Shown here piece after piece: positions 51,056 through 64,000 of a stretch of 64,000 nt of DNA. Source of the DNA: Octopus sinensis (Eukaryota); assembly GCF_006345805.1 (NCBI RefSeq), contig NC_042999.1, forward strand, positions 74,710,001-74,774,000. The letters are read 5' to 3'. Numbering within the stretch: the stretch's first letter is position 1; every line of letters begins with the position of its first letter. The translations under genes were made by a program, and so were the position numbers. The notes under the pieces were generated by a model, which saw nothing but the letters and a program-made list of their open reading frames with translations, was not told the DNA's origin and made no database searches.

Positions 51056-53225
51056 TTATCATCATCATTGTTTAATGTCCGCTTTCCATGCTAGCATGGG
51101 TTGGATGATTTGACTGAGGTCTGGCCAACCAGATGGCTGCACCAGGCTCCAATCATATCTAGCAAAGTTTCTACAGCTGGATGCCCTTCATAATGCCAAC
51201 TGTTCCAAGAGTGTAGTGGGTGCTTTTATGTGCCACCTGCACAGGAGCCAGTCCAGCGGCACTGGCTATGACCTTGCTCAAATGTTTTTTCACATGCCAC
51301 CAGCACAAGTGCCAGTTAGGCGATGCAGATAATGATCACTCTCGGATGGTGCTTTTTATGTGCCACTGGCAAGGAAGCCAGTTTGTTGCTCTGGCGACAA
51401 TCATGCTCAGATGGTGCTCTTAGCGCTCCACAAGCATGGATGCCAGTCATCAAATTTGATTTCAATTTCACTTGCCTCAATATGTCTTCACAAGCAGAGT
51501 TTAGTGTCCAATGAAGGAAAGTTAGTGGGCTGGTTACACCCCTGGCATAGGCTACGAGGTTATGGTCTCACTTGGCTTGCCAAGTCTTCTCAAGCACAAC
51601 ATATTTCCAAAGGTCCCGGTCATTAGTCATTGCCTTGGTGAGGCCCAATGTTCAAAGGCCATGCTTCACTACCTCATCCCAGGTTTTCCTGGGTCAACCT
51701 GTTGCACAGGTTCCCTCAACCGCTAGGGTGTGGCACTTTTTCACACAGCTATCCACATCCATTCTCGCCATGTGGCCATTACCAGCACAGATGTCACTCT
51801 TGCACACCACATCTGATGCTTCTTAAGTCCAACTTTTCTCTCAAGGTACTTACACTCTGTCAAGTATGCACACTGACATTACACATCCATCGGAGCATAC
51901 TGGCTTCATTCCTTGCAAGCTTATGCATGTCCTCAGCAGTCACAGCCCATGTTTCACTGCCATTTAGCATGGCTGTTCGTACACATGCATCATACAGTCT
52001 ACCTTTTACTCTGAGCGAGAGGTCCTTTGTCACCAGCAGAGGTAAGAGCTCTCTGAACTTTGCCCATGCTATTCTTATTCTAGCAACTACACTTTCAGTG
52101 CACCCTCCCTGCTACTGACTTGGTCCCTAGGTAACAGAAGCTATCAACTACTGCAAGTTTTTCTCCCTGAAATGTGGGAGATGTTCTCTGCACATTTTCA
52201 GAGTTTATTGCTCCTGAGTATCTGTCACATACAAAAACTTTCTTCCCAGTTAGCTTTCCTTTGATATTGCTGCACCTCTTATGTGTCCATAGCTTACACT
52301 GGGTACATCTTATAGAGTTTCTACCTACACCTTTTCTACAGATCGAGCAGGGCCATCTACCTGAAGGGATTTGTGGTTTAACTACCTTCCTACTTATTAG
52401 GACTTTGGTTTTTGCTAGGTTGACTCTAAGGCCCTTTGATTCTAATCCTTGTTTCCACACTTGAAACTTCTCCTCTAGTTCTGATAGTGACTCAGCAATT
52501 AGAGCAAGGTCGTCAGCATAGAGGAGCTCCCAGGGCCATCCTGTCTTGAATTCCTCTGGAGGACTATGATAAATAGGAGGGGGCTGAGGACTGACCCTTG
52601 GTGGACCCCTACCTCAACCCAGAATTCTTCACTGTACGTGTTGCCAACCCTCACCTTACTGACAGTGTCCCTGTACATGGCTTGCACAGCTCTCACTAAC
52701 CATTCATCACCAGATAAGGGATCGGGGGACCCTGTCAAAGGCTTTCGCCATGTCAACGAAAGCCAGGTACAGAGGTTTATCTTTGGCTAGGTATTTCTCC
52801 TGCAACTGTCTTACCAGAAATATAGCATCAGTGCTACTTTTACTGGCACAAACCCAAACTGCATCTCATCTAAACTGACACTTTCTCTAATTAGTTGGGC
52901 TATGACCCTCTCCGTGACCTTCATTACCTGATCCAACAACTTGATACCTCTGTAATTATTTGTCTCTAAATGTCACCTTTACCTTTGTAGCAGTTGACTA
53001 TAGAGCTGCTACACCAGTCATTGGGTATGATTCCTTTTTGTATCAGCTGGTTAACTATATGTGTGATTAGGCTATAGCCGACACTGCCAGATATTTTGAG
53101 CATCTCTGCAGTGATTCCTGATGGGCCGGGAACTTTCCCTGTCTTCATACTCTTAATTGCTTTATCTACCAACTCGGATAGCTGGTCCCTCTGTTGGGTC
53201 GACATTCGGCAAACTCTCTTTCTCC
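51055..53225 (-). mobile_element. 5'-truncated RTE LINE (RT + PHD-like finger + 3' UTR)
   Basis: ORFs 52966..53205, 52499..52756 (GVHQGSVLSPLLF) and 52095..52460 (PHD-like cluster); ELLYADDL in a shifted frame; (GAT)n tail at 51055. Confidence 0.92.
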
Positions 53226-53230
53226 CATAT

Positions 53231-54465
53231 TATCATCATCGTTTAATATCTGCTTTCCATGCTGGCATGGCAGTCAAATGTTTTGACTGAGCACTGGCAA
53301 GCCAGGAGGCTGCACCAGGCTCCAATGCGATCTGGCAAGGTTTCTACAGCTGGATGCCCTTCCTAATGCCAACCACTCAGAGAGTGTAGTTAGTACTTTT
53401 TATGTACCACTGACATGAGAGCCAGTCAGGCAACACTGGCATCAGCTATGCTCGAATGGTGCTTTTTACATGCCATCGGCTTGGAAGCCAGTCAGGCAGC
53501 ACTGACATTGGACACAATTACGACTTCACTTGGCTCAACAGGTCTGCTCAAGCACAGTAGATTGCCCGACGATAGAAGGGTACTTTTAAACAGGCCAATT
53601 ATGCGATACTGGCATTGGCTACGGCTAGTCTCACTTGGCTTGCCAGGTCTTCTGAAGCACAACATATCTCCAAAGGTCTTGGTCGCTTGTCATTGCCTCT
53701 GTGAGGCCCAATGTTCGAAGGTCATGCTTCACCACCTAATCTCATGTGTTCCTGGATCTACCTCTTCCACAAGTTCCCTCCACTGTTAGGGTGTGACACT
53801 TCACACAGCTGTCCTCATCGATATGCGACACATGACCATTCCAGCACAGTCATTGCACACCACATCTGATGCTTCTTATGTCCAACTTTTCTCTCAGGGT
53901 TAATACATTCTGTTTTGTATGTACACTGACATTACACATCCTGCAGAGCATACTAGCTTCATTTCGCTCAAGCCTGCACATGTCCTCAGCAGTCACAGCC
54001 TATCTTTCCCTGCCATGTAGCATGGCTATTCACACACAGGGATCATACAGTCTACCTTTCACTCTGAGTGAGAGGCCCTTTGTTAGTAGCAGAGGTAGGA
54101 GCTCTCTGAACTTTGCCCAGCCTATTCTTATTCTAGTAGCTATGCTTTCAGAGCATCCACCCACTACTACTGACTTGGTCACCTAGGTAACAGAAGCTAT
54201 CAACTACTTCTAGTTTTTTACCCTGGCATCTGATAGAATCTGTTTTCTGTACATCTTCAGTGTTTATTGCCCTTGTGCATCTGCCACACACAAAAATTAT
54301 CTTCCCAGTTAACCTTCCTTTTATATAGCTGCACCTCTTATGCATCCATAGTTTACACTGGGTACATGTTTTGGAGTTTCTAATTACACTTTTTCTACAG
54401 ATTGGGCAAAGCCATCTACCTGAAGGGGTTTTTGAATTATCTCCTTTCTACTTACTAAGACTTTA
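53231..54465 (-). mobile_element. Second 5'-truncated RTE LINE, directly abutting the previous copy
   Basis: ORF 54148..54345 HKRC...VCGRC; same C-terminus and 3' UTR; tail at 53231. Confidence 0.88.
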
Positions 54466-54559
54466 TGTAAATATGCTTAGTGTGAAAGTATTTCCTGTTA
54501 ATTCATATCTGCAAGGCCATAAGTCTTAAGAATGTTTCTTATACTCATTAAACTTTTTC

Positions 54560-54710
54560 ATCTCTTTCTCTCTCTCCTCTCTTTTCCCACTCCCAGCAAT
54601 AACTCATAATTAAAAACATGGCAGTCCCTCTGACCCTGCCAACTACTGTACTATGGCACTCTCTTCCAGCATTTCAAAGTGATGGTCAAACTATTTACAA
54701 CAATCTGTTT

Positions 54711-54755
<45 letters not shown>

Positions 54756-55840
54756 TCACCTTTGTGAATAACAGTTTAGTTTTTATACTATCAGCTCTAT
54801 TGGAGATCTGTTATATATTTTCCACACTAGAGAGCACATGCCTTTGAGAAATTTTATGAAACGTCATTGTTACTCTCAGCATGAGCAAGTTATTCAACTG
54901 CATTTAGTATGCAAATCTGGTAAAATTCCTTACATATAGGCTGTACACAACTCTCTTCTTATGAATCAGTGTCTTCATGCCAGATCACAGTACTATGGCA
55001 GGTATTAATATCATAGCACTCTTAACTCCCGCTCTATAATTTCTGATATGTCATCCACACTTTTCTTCCTCTACAGTGACAACCTCTGTGATTTCACTAT
55101 CAGCAACACCCATTCTTATATAGATGATAATACCCTTTATTACTCCTCAACATTCTACACCTATGTCATGTAGATGCAACCTTGATACTTCATTCTAAGT
55201 TTACACTAACTTCAAAAATATCCTCCAATATAGTCATGTCAATGTTGTGTACTTTAATGCTACAATGAAAACCACTACATATATCAAGAAGGAAAACATT
55301 ATCTTCACACACTCCTCTTAAACATGAATAGTATGCAGCTAGACATCACAGAGTTACTGAAAATAGCAGGCCTAAGTCTCACTGAGAATCTCTTAATAGT
55401 CAAAACTGCATCACAATGCCTGGTCTTCCTTTCAAGAGTAAGAAAATACTTGAACACCCAGCAGCTAATTAATTATTAATAAAACCCCAAAACAGAGAAC
55501 TGCTTTCTTATCTAGGATAGCACTGCTGCATATCCACAGACATCCTAGACCACATCCAGGAAGTAAAGGCTACTCCACAGAGTCTTATGAAGTCATTTCC
55601 CAACACACTCTGGCTTGCAAACATGCTGTTCTCTTTCAGTATTATTTTTTATACTAATTTTACTGTGTCCTCTGCTGTTTGGTGGTGCTGCTGGCTTGTC
55701 TCATATCATCTTTCCTCAGCCATTCCTGACTTTCCTATCTTTCTCTTTCTCACTGCCTTTATTGTAACTCCACTCCTACCACCAACTAAACCCAACATTA
55801 AGCATTATTCCCATTTCTTCTTCAGAATGGTATTCTAGAA
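54560..55840 (+). mobile_element. Decayed CR1/L2-group LINE RT and C-terminal fragment
   Basis: 55051-55140 reads SSTLFFLYSDNL...HSYIDDNTLY (PTLF...YADD); about 55395-55460 reads KTASQCLVFLSRVRKYL. Confidence 0.55.
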
Positions 55841-56364
55841 TTCTCACCCTGCACTTGTCTTTTTTGCCATCATCAAATTACAAATATTTAAAGGAATGTT
55901 AACTACATCGATATCAGTGGTCTCAGAGGTCTTGTGATGGTCATGGTCTCAATTCTTTCCACCAAACTAATAATGTATAAAAAAATAAAATAAAAATGAA
56001 TTTAATGGAATATGTGACCAAGAATCAAGCCTAGGTTGTAGACTAGGTTTTCTCAAGAGTTTACCATTTGTGCAATACATTAATCTCATTAATTATATAA
56101 TGAAAGGGAAATTGCAAAACTCGGGGCTGATACTTAATTTATGGATTCAGTTGACAAGGAGTTTACCATTTTCTGCTCTATGGAATTCATTGGTAATAGA
56201 CTATAAAGTAGAAATACCAGTGTTGTTTAATTAGCACTATAGGTTGTTTTAAAGCTCTCAACAGGAAATATAACCTAGATAGTTTATCAAATGGTTTATA
56301 AAGAAATCTTTTATTTAAAAAAAATATGGCCATAAAAAAGATAATGAACAAAATAAACACTTAC

Positions 56365-56472
56365 GGCAATTCATTTCATCACTACCATCACTACAATCAT
56401 TGGTTCTGTCACATACTTTAGATTCACTATAACAATAATTATTTTTACACTTTCTTGTTCCAACTGGACAAT
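56365..56472 (-). CDS. Host gene exon: LDL-receptor class A repeat ([35 protein letters not shown])
   Basis: Acceptor ttatttcag, donor gtaagt, 108 nt, phase 1-1; six Cys and a DCxDGSDE calcium-binding motif. Not in the ORF track. Confidence 0.92.
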
Positions 56473-57870
56473 CTGAAATAATAGAAAATAAAAACAGAAC
56501 ATTTTAAAAACATGTAATTAAATATAAATACTTAAAATCTAAACAAGTTGATGTATTTACTTGATTATAATTTTTGCTTTCTAAGCATCAAAACAATAAT
56601 TCAGGAAACATTTGTCTCAATTACCTATGAACCTCTCTCTCTCCCCTTCTCTCTCATGATAACCTCACATGTATAACATTTCTAAAACTTCTTTACAAAG
56701 AATTCTTCTTCAGAGCCACAATACACTTTGTCTTCAACCACCTGGTGACTTAACAAATCCCAAAGGATATCTACACTTGAAGTATTGTTCACATATTGAA
56801 AGTGCTGCTGCTTTGTTCATAAAAATTAGAGGTTTAAATGAAAAGACTGTTTAGCTAAGATTATTTCTCCAACAAACTACAGCTATTGACTCACATACAT
56901 GTTGCTTCTTTTCTTTATCCCATCTACTGATACTGCACCAGGCTTCATTCTGCTAAATCATTTATTTCATTAATCCCCTCCTTTCATCACTCTAATACGC
57001 AAATATTTTGGGAGTTGGATGAAAGTTATAAGCTTTATATTTAAGTGCTCATATTAACCACACTGTGTAACAAAATTTTTATTTGTTCTTGTCTTTGGTT
57101 AGTAAGTGTTATTTCCTATTTGCTTCTATCTAGAAATCAAAGGAAATGATTACCATTCCCTTTGGACTTTGGTTTTATGACCTGGACATCGATGTTTTGA
57201 AACTTTCCCATTACATTTTAGACACAATCAGTGCTGAGTTGCTGAAGTAGAAATATTCTAAAAAATATTCTGCTCAGTACTATAGATTTGCTTGTTAGTT
57301 GCTTGTCTTTAACCACTTGAGCATGTGCCTTAGTGGTTGACAATATGTGCATCACTGAGCAGGAGTAGTGGGAGATCATCACAGCCATGTGTTGAGAGGG
57401 GTTCTTTGGGGATTTTAAAAATGTAACAAAAGCAAAGTTTGAAGGAAATATTAGTTATTTTTCATACTTTCTGGGAGTAAGCAAATAGGAAATAACAATT
57501 GCTACCCAAGGACAAAATCCGTGTTACACAATGTTATGCATGCCTATACTGACAATAATGGTAATGACAAATTTTTAAGTTCGCTTGACATTTTGTAAAT
57601 GTGAAAGGGATTAACATTTTGATATTCTGTATCAAAGGTTCTAACAAGAATAGGTGGAAAAGAATTCTGTTTACATAATCAGTTTGATCAGTCACCTTCC
57701 TCTGTCTGTTAAGTAAAGTGTCATCCAAACTGATGTTTATTGGCATTTGAACTTAATTTGCAACACCTGTGCATATTTATCAGCTTTGTTGTTGTTGGTA
57801 ATTCTTATCAACAACTTTCCCTGTGATCATGATTTGAGAAGACATACAGCAGCATGCTAATGATTGAACA

Positions 57871-58495
57871 TACTGAAAACACAGGACTGTGAAATGAAAC
57901 TTTTTGAAAATTGTTTTAATAATGGTATGTTACTTTATATATTTTTGTGGAGCTAAATCAAAATATCAAAACAGCTCTTCCCTGTTGCCTAAAATGTAAA
58001 ATAAAGTTTATTATAAACAACACAAACACTTTGTAATTTAATAGCTTTCAATGTGATAACTGTTAAACAGAAATTATTTTTATTTAAGGAAAATTTAATA
58101 AAATGTAATCCTAAATGAAATTATGCTAAATGCAGCTAAATTGAAAACCTTCTTCTCCTGGTTATATTGACAAATTCTGAAAATTTTGGGGTACGATATT
58201 TACACGAGTAGAAGCTTTTTTTAACAAATTTTTTCCTGAAAATTACCTGTGTAAATTACACACGTGCACAATTGATAATTATTTAACTCTATCAGATTTA
58301 AAAAGGGGAGATAACTAGTGTCTGTACTTGAGCTCAATATCCAATAACAACACATTTCTTAAGAAAAAATTACTGAAAACACAGGACTGTGAAATGAAAC
58401 TTTTTGAAAATTGTTTTGATAATGGTATGTTACTTTATATATTTTTGTGGAGCTAAATCAAAATATCAAAACAGCTCTTCCCTATTGCCTAAAAT
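57871..58495. repeat. 125-bp direct repeat (57871-57995 and 58371-58495), two mismatches
   Basis: Direct comparison; offset exactly 500 bp. Confidence 0.92.
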
Positions 58496-58559
58496 TTTCT
58501 CAAAATGTAATCATGAAATATACCATAATTTGTAGGTAAATCTACAACTGGCAAGACAA

Positions 58560-60330
58560 AATGAAACTAATAAAAATGAATTTGGTACTTTATTTAGTCA
58601 AATAAAAAGGCACAAATGCAATTGGAAAGTGAAAAAGTAGATTTTTACAAAGGTTCCATTCATGTTTTAGGTTTAGTACCTCAAAATCTATTCTTTTCCA
58701 CTTGGAAATCATGCCAGGAACTCTTTTGCATATAAGAATTTGTTCACTATCCAACAATAGTTGGTCATCATATGACCATTCAATCTGCCCTCATATCTTC
58801 TTTCCATCTCCTTTATGTCTTGATGAAACCTTCCCCCTGCTCCTCACTCACATCCTCAGATTTTCCAGAAAGAAATCCAAATGGATATGTAGGAAATTAA
58901 CTTTAATGCTCATTCTATATCATAATGTCTTAAACTTTGCCAGCATTCTTGCCACTATACCTTTGTAGTTTGTATCCCTATGATTACCCTAGAAATTCTT
59001 CACTATATCTTTAAAACTAATGCTTGCATATTTTTTGAGAATCACTAAAAGAGTTTCCAAATTTTCATACTTGATGAGCTTCCTCATATCTGGTCCCACA
59101 AGTACACCCTTTTCATCCTTGGTGTCTGATAGGGGAGGAAACTTGCTATGCAAATATTTGAAGCTCTCTCCATCTTGTGGCAAAACTTCTATGAACTGCT
59201 TCATGAGATCAAGTTTTATATACAGTGGAGCAAAAGAACCCTTTTTGGAACCAAACTTTCTTGGAGGACATACTTTGTTCCTGGTCTAAGCGTAGTCCTA
59301 CATGGCCATCTTTTTTAAACCAGTGGAGGTTCCTGGAACTATTGTCCCATCCACATAAGGAACAAAGAAACTTTGTGTAGCCTGACTATTATCCAAGCAA
59401 CATACAAATTATTTTCAAGTTGTTCTAAATCATCCAGTTGTGATCTTTGAATTTAATCTTGTTTAAGAGTGACATCAAAATTTTCATGTTTTCTTCATGG
59501 TCATTGAGTGTCCAGCAGGGATGTTATGCAGTAGAACAACTTTAAGATATCTTTTTGAAGAATCAATAAAGGGTCTCCATTAAACAGTGTTGTAACTAGT
59601 GCCAAACTTTTTTATTTGTCCTCATGGAACTGTACAATAAATCAATTTTTTTTTTTTTTGAAATAAGAAACAAATTCTTTTCTGCTGTTATGATACCTAT
59701 ACAATGATGCATGAGGAGCTAAAAGATTTTTGGATTTCAGTCTGGAACCTAAAAGCTCTGCTGACTCCTTTGCAAGCCCTGAGTCCCTCACCAGATTGTT
59801 TAATTCACCCTAATTAAATAATTGAGGTTCTTCATCTTCACTATTATTGAAGTCTTCATCATCGTTGCTATTTCTGCCTTATGACTTAGAACTCAAACGT
59901 ATGTCTTCAAGGTTACCTGCTGGTGATGGGACTGGAACATCTGCTCCATGGGCAACAGGCTTCAATGCAGATGAGAGACTTGGATAAACAATGTTTTTCC
60001 CACTCATCAGATTGTGTCCTTGCGCCTTACTTGATTAAAAGTATTAGTCATCGCTGTGATTTTATGCTCTATCCATATTATTGGAATCCCAAAACGAAAG
60101 GATTTCTCAGTAAATTTGTCCATTGACTTAGTTCCTCATCATAAAATAAACAGGCCACTTCATGTATTAATCTCTTAATTTCACACCAAAGTTGGCATAG
60201 TAAAATTTTTTGATGACATTGGTAATGTTTTTCTGGTGTAGCTTAGTCATAAATTTGCTGCAACTGTAACTAAAGTTATTCAGTCTTTTTGCACATTTAT
60301 AAGACATCCTTACTTCAGATGATATGGAGG
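58560..60330 (-). mobile_element. Decayed DNA transposon, Chapaev(3)/CMC-like transposase
   Basis: N-terminal MSYKC....F..C.KF....QKNIT..IK..Y.A.FGVKL; core FIDSSKRYLKVVLLHN, GYTKF.C.LC.WD, LMKQF..GPDMRKL; C-terminal VSEEQGE.FHQDIKEMERRY. Many stops. The family name is from memory. Confidence 0.7.
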
Positions 60331-60569
60331 CCTGTAAGGAAAGGGGAAGGGGATATTTTTTAACAGTATATATTTGATTTACCATCAAAATACATACATA
60401 TCATTAAAGAAGCAATGAAATATAACTAATGATACAGTAAAACAATATATATAGTATGTATGTTTGTTGGTAGTCTATTGGTGTCTGGCAATGACAAAAT
60501 CTATGTTCTCAGTGATGAGAGTAATGTGATTCCGCAGTTCAAAGCTGGAAACACACAGGCACTCATAGA

Positions 60570-63500
60570 TATTACAGTGTAATCTGTTGACTGAATTGAG
60601 ATGGATGCTGAACTGTGACATTTTTGTTTTGCAGCATCAAGTCCTCTTCAAAGGCAGTTGCTGCTCTTGAAGTGAGATACCTCCACGTTGAACTGTCTGT
60701 GGCAGAAGCTTCAAGTTCATGTGGACCAAAGCTGCTGCATTTGAGGTTGCTTTTCAGAATGTCTTTGTACCTCAGCTAAGGTCTTCCTTGTTTGCATGAG
60801 GTCACCATACAACAGCTGGCTGGGTACACAGTGGTCATCGGAATAACTGATGACATACCAGTCCAGTGCAAATGAACCTTCAACAACATTGACTTAACGT
60901 TTGTTGAACTAGCTCTGTCCAGCACTTCTTGGTTTGTCACTCTGTCCTGCCAGTGAATGCCCATGATTCTGCATAGTCTCCTTGTGTGAAACTGTTTCAG
61001 CTGTTTGATGTGCCAGTGATATGGGGTTCATGTTTCGCATCAATAGAATAGTATAGAGATGACTACAGCCTGGTCAATTGTCGACCTCATAGACAGTCTG
61101 ATGCCTTTCTGCTGGAGGACTTTCACTTTCAATCCTCCAAGTACTTGGCTAGTTTTGTGGACTCTGAATAAGATTTCACTGTCTTATGATGCATTGACTG
61201 ATATTGTGCAACCAAAGTACTTGAAAATCATCACACACTTAAGCTGGTCTCTCTCAATGGTGATGTTTGGCTGGAGGTGAATTGTGTTCAGAGCTGCTTG
61301 GGCTACAACCTCTATTTGCTCAAGACTCATGGTCAGTCCAAAGAGCCTTGACCCTTCTGCAAGGTTGTTAACAATGGTCTGCAGGCGATTTTGCTTTATG
61401 TGCCATAAGGGCAAAGTCATCTGCAAATAGGGCTTCAGTAATGGACTTTTCACTGTCTTGGTTGAAGCAGAGAGTTGGTGGTGGTCAAAAGCAGAGCTGC
61501 TTGAGTAATATCTAATGTATACACACCCAGGTCTAGGTCTTTCATTGTGTAAAGTAGGACCTGTGTGAAGAATAAGTTGAACAACTTGGGGGTGAGTATG
61601 CAGCCCTGATTCATATCACTGGATATATTGAAAGAGTTGGTGCAGTTACCATTGCAAAGAACTTGACCAGTGATATTATCAAGAAAGAGTCTTATCAGTG
61701 TGGTGAACATGTGTGGGTAGCCCAGCTTAGTTAGGATTGTTCACAAAGCTTCTCTCTTGATTGTGTCAAAAGCTTTGGTCAGGTCTATGAACATGGAATA
61801 CAAATCTATTGTTCAATACACTTCTCCTTGACATAACACACAAAAACCCCCATGTCTATGGTGCTGCAACCAGGGCAGAAGCCACACTGGGGTTCAGGCA
61901 AGTTGCTCTCAGATATGTTGGTGAGGAGCCTGTTGAAGAGGATGCAGGTCAGGATTTTTTCAGCAATGGAAACCAGTGAAATGCCCCTGTAACTTCTGCA
62001 GTCTGATTTGGCTCCTTTGTTCTTGTAGAGTGTAATTATGGTGGTGTCATGGAAGTCTACTGGCATTCACTCTTCCTCTCAAATGGATACAAAGATGTCA
62101 TGGAATGCACTGAGAGCTGTAGTACCAAGTGCCTTGTACAGTTTTGCAGGAATTCTATCTACTCCTGGAGCTTTGCCACAACTCTTTTTTTTTATGGCAG
62201 TCTTGACCTCAGCTACACTTGGCGGCAGGTCAAGATCTTTGAGTAGAGGCTTCTGAGGTATTTGCTGCTATGTTTCCTGGTTGACAGTGGACAGCCAGTT
62301 TAGGTGTCGGTTCAAGTGCTCCTCTCACCTTGCCCTGATTCCTTCTTTGTTGTTGATGATTGTTGAGCCATCAGCAGATGTCAGGGAGCTGTAGATGGGT
62401 TTGATAGCACTGTACAGCATCTTGGAGTTGTTGGTTTCAGTGCAGAGCTGCACTTCTTCAGCTTCCAGCTGTCACCATCAATCTTGCATATTGTGAAGCT
62501 TCCTCAGGGGTCTGGTTTGCCAGTCACACCATGTGGGTCAGTTTGGATGATTCTGGCAATCATGTAAACCTTTCTCTTATCATCTGACTGTGCCTGTATT
62601 GCTTTATTATCATCATTAAAACAGTCCTGAAGAAGCTTTTCCTTTGAGCCTAGAACTATTTTGGCTGTCTTTGAACTGACTTCTTTGAACTGGTTCCACT
62701 TTTCCTCTGATTCACCGGTTAGTGGTCCTATTGCCTTGAACTTGATTTCAAGTTTAGGCTGGAACTCTTGCTGGTATTTGGTTGAAAGTAGTCTGTGTTG
62801 AAGGCCAGTCTAATAAGCTTTGGGCGCTTGTGGTGCTGGGGAACTATGTGGATGTTGAGCATGGATCTTACGAGTCTATGATCTGTCCAGCACTCTGCTT
62901 CATGCATTGCCTTGGTGATGAGGATATCACTGCTGTCATGCTGGTGGGTGATTATGTAATCAATAATTTTCCCGTTTTGAATATGCATACATCCATGATG
63001 TCTTATACTTAATCAGCCTGCCAGAAGTTGGTGTTGGTAATCAGCAGGTTGTGCTCGATGTATCTGCTCAGCAAAAGAAGTCCATTGCTATTGATCTTCT
63101 CATCTCCCTGCTTCCCTATAACTCCTCTCCAGTGCTCCTCATCTCTGCTGACTCTGGTGTTGAGTTGCCTAGTATTACAAGCTTGTCATTAGCAGGCATG
63201 TCAGATAGAGCAGCATCCAGATCAGCATAGAATTGCTCTCTGATCTCTTATGTGCACATCATTGTAGGGGCATACACACTTATGATGATAATGAATTGTT
63301 TGTTGCTGACAGGGAGGCAAAGTTTCAGAAGCCTTTCATTTGCACCTGTGGGAAGACAGGGAATCTGTTTTAGGAGACTCCAACTCCATGTATTTTGTCC
63401 TCATGTAGAGCCTTACCTTTACAGAAGAATGTGTAGCTGCTATCTGATTCTGTCAGCGACCCTTCCCTGGCCTGTTGAGTTTCACTAATTGCTGCTATGT

Positions 63501-63700
63501 TGATATTGTACCAATAACTAGGTTTTCCTTTCTCAATTTAGACTGACCACAAATGGATAAATCTATCAGCTGCAGTTAACTGGCCAGAACTGTTTAGGGC
63601 AAGTTTTCATTAGGCCACCTTTTCTAGGCCTTCCCTTCCTAGGATGAGCAGTGCTGTTCTGAAGAAGCTACTCACCCACCAGGGAAGCTGCCAAAGTTCT
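60570..63700 (-). mobile_element. Near full-length decayed RTE (BovB-like) LINE: APE + RT
   Basis: ORF fragments IDYIIT...CWTDHRLV (APE), YKNKG..SDC.SYRGISL, QGCIL.P.LFNLFF, and IHWQDRVTNQEVL. Confidence 0.88.
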
Positions 63701-64000
63701 TTGCTGTCCAATATGAAGAACAGCAACCATGCAGGCTTGTGACTAAAATTTCTAGTGGTCACCTTCAACTGTCCCTTTCACCACTTTTCCATTGCCACAG
63801 GACTTAAGGTTGACAGTTGGAAGGCTGAAAAGCACAGACACCTGTGCATGAATTTGTTTTAAGTGGGAGATCCATTGCATAGAGGCCAATACCACTTGCT
63901 CAGCAGAAAGAACCTTGATTCAGGAGCAAAGAAAAGTATTAAAGCTGGTTACCCTTCCTGGTGCAGTGGATGGCCAGGGTTCTATAGTGTTTTGTCATGT

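Larger units (their letters stand above)
1294..56472 (-). other. Multi-exon host gene (partial): extracellular mosaic protein LDLa-MAM-MAM-LDLa-SRCR-LDLa; MALRD-like, enteropeptidase/corin-like stem or GRL101-like ectodomain; 5' and 3' ends outside the window
   Basis: Nine exons read by hand on the minus strand. All have AG/GT sites, phases 1-1 except the SRCR pair (1-2, then 2-1), and they splice into one stop-free 1536-nt frame with recognisable domain motifs and many N-x-S/T sequons. Confidence 0.88.

Noticed and set aside
1-64000. CRISPR array, retron, DGR or other prokaryotic RT/defence system
   Set aside because: There are no spacer-separated repeats or operons; all RTs are eukaryotic non-LTR or Penelope types within spliceosomal introns.

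Overview
Eukaryotic, AT-rich, repeat-dense intronic DNA, most likely from an octopus (coleoid cephalopod). That assignment rests on recognising the SINE, RTE and Dong families from memory and was not searched. The ORF track hides the only host gene: nine small minus-strand exons between 1294 and 56472, all with AG/GT boundaries and compatible phases. They join into a 1536-nt open frame (about 512 codons) encoding LDLa-MAM-MAM-LDLa-SRCR-LDLa, an extracellular mosaic protein that continues beyond both ends of the window. The introns hold: a CR1-like LINE; many RTE LINEs, several with a PHD-like zinc finger; Dong/R4 RT-RLE elements inserted in (TAA)n tracts, one nearly intact; Penelope-like elements; mariners; a Chapaev-like transposase relic; two tRNA-derived SINE families; microsatellites; and four long inverted repeats. 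The most notable observations are an intact-core type I hammerhead ribozyme (49543-49677), a tRNA-promoter plus hammerhead-like module that is found both at a Penelope 3' end and as a free palindrome, a LINE/SINE shared 3' hairpin with compensatory substitutions, and a (TAT)8 poly-Tyr tract inside an SRCR exon. No prokaryotic-type system (CRISPR, retron, operon) is present.
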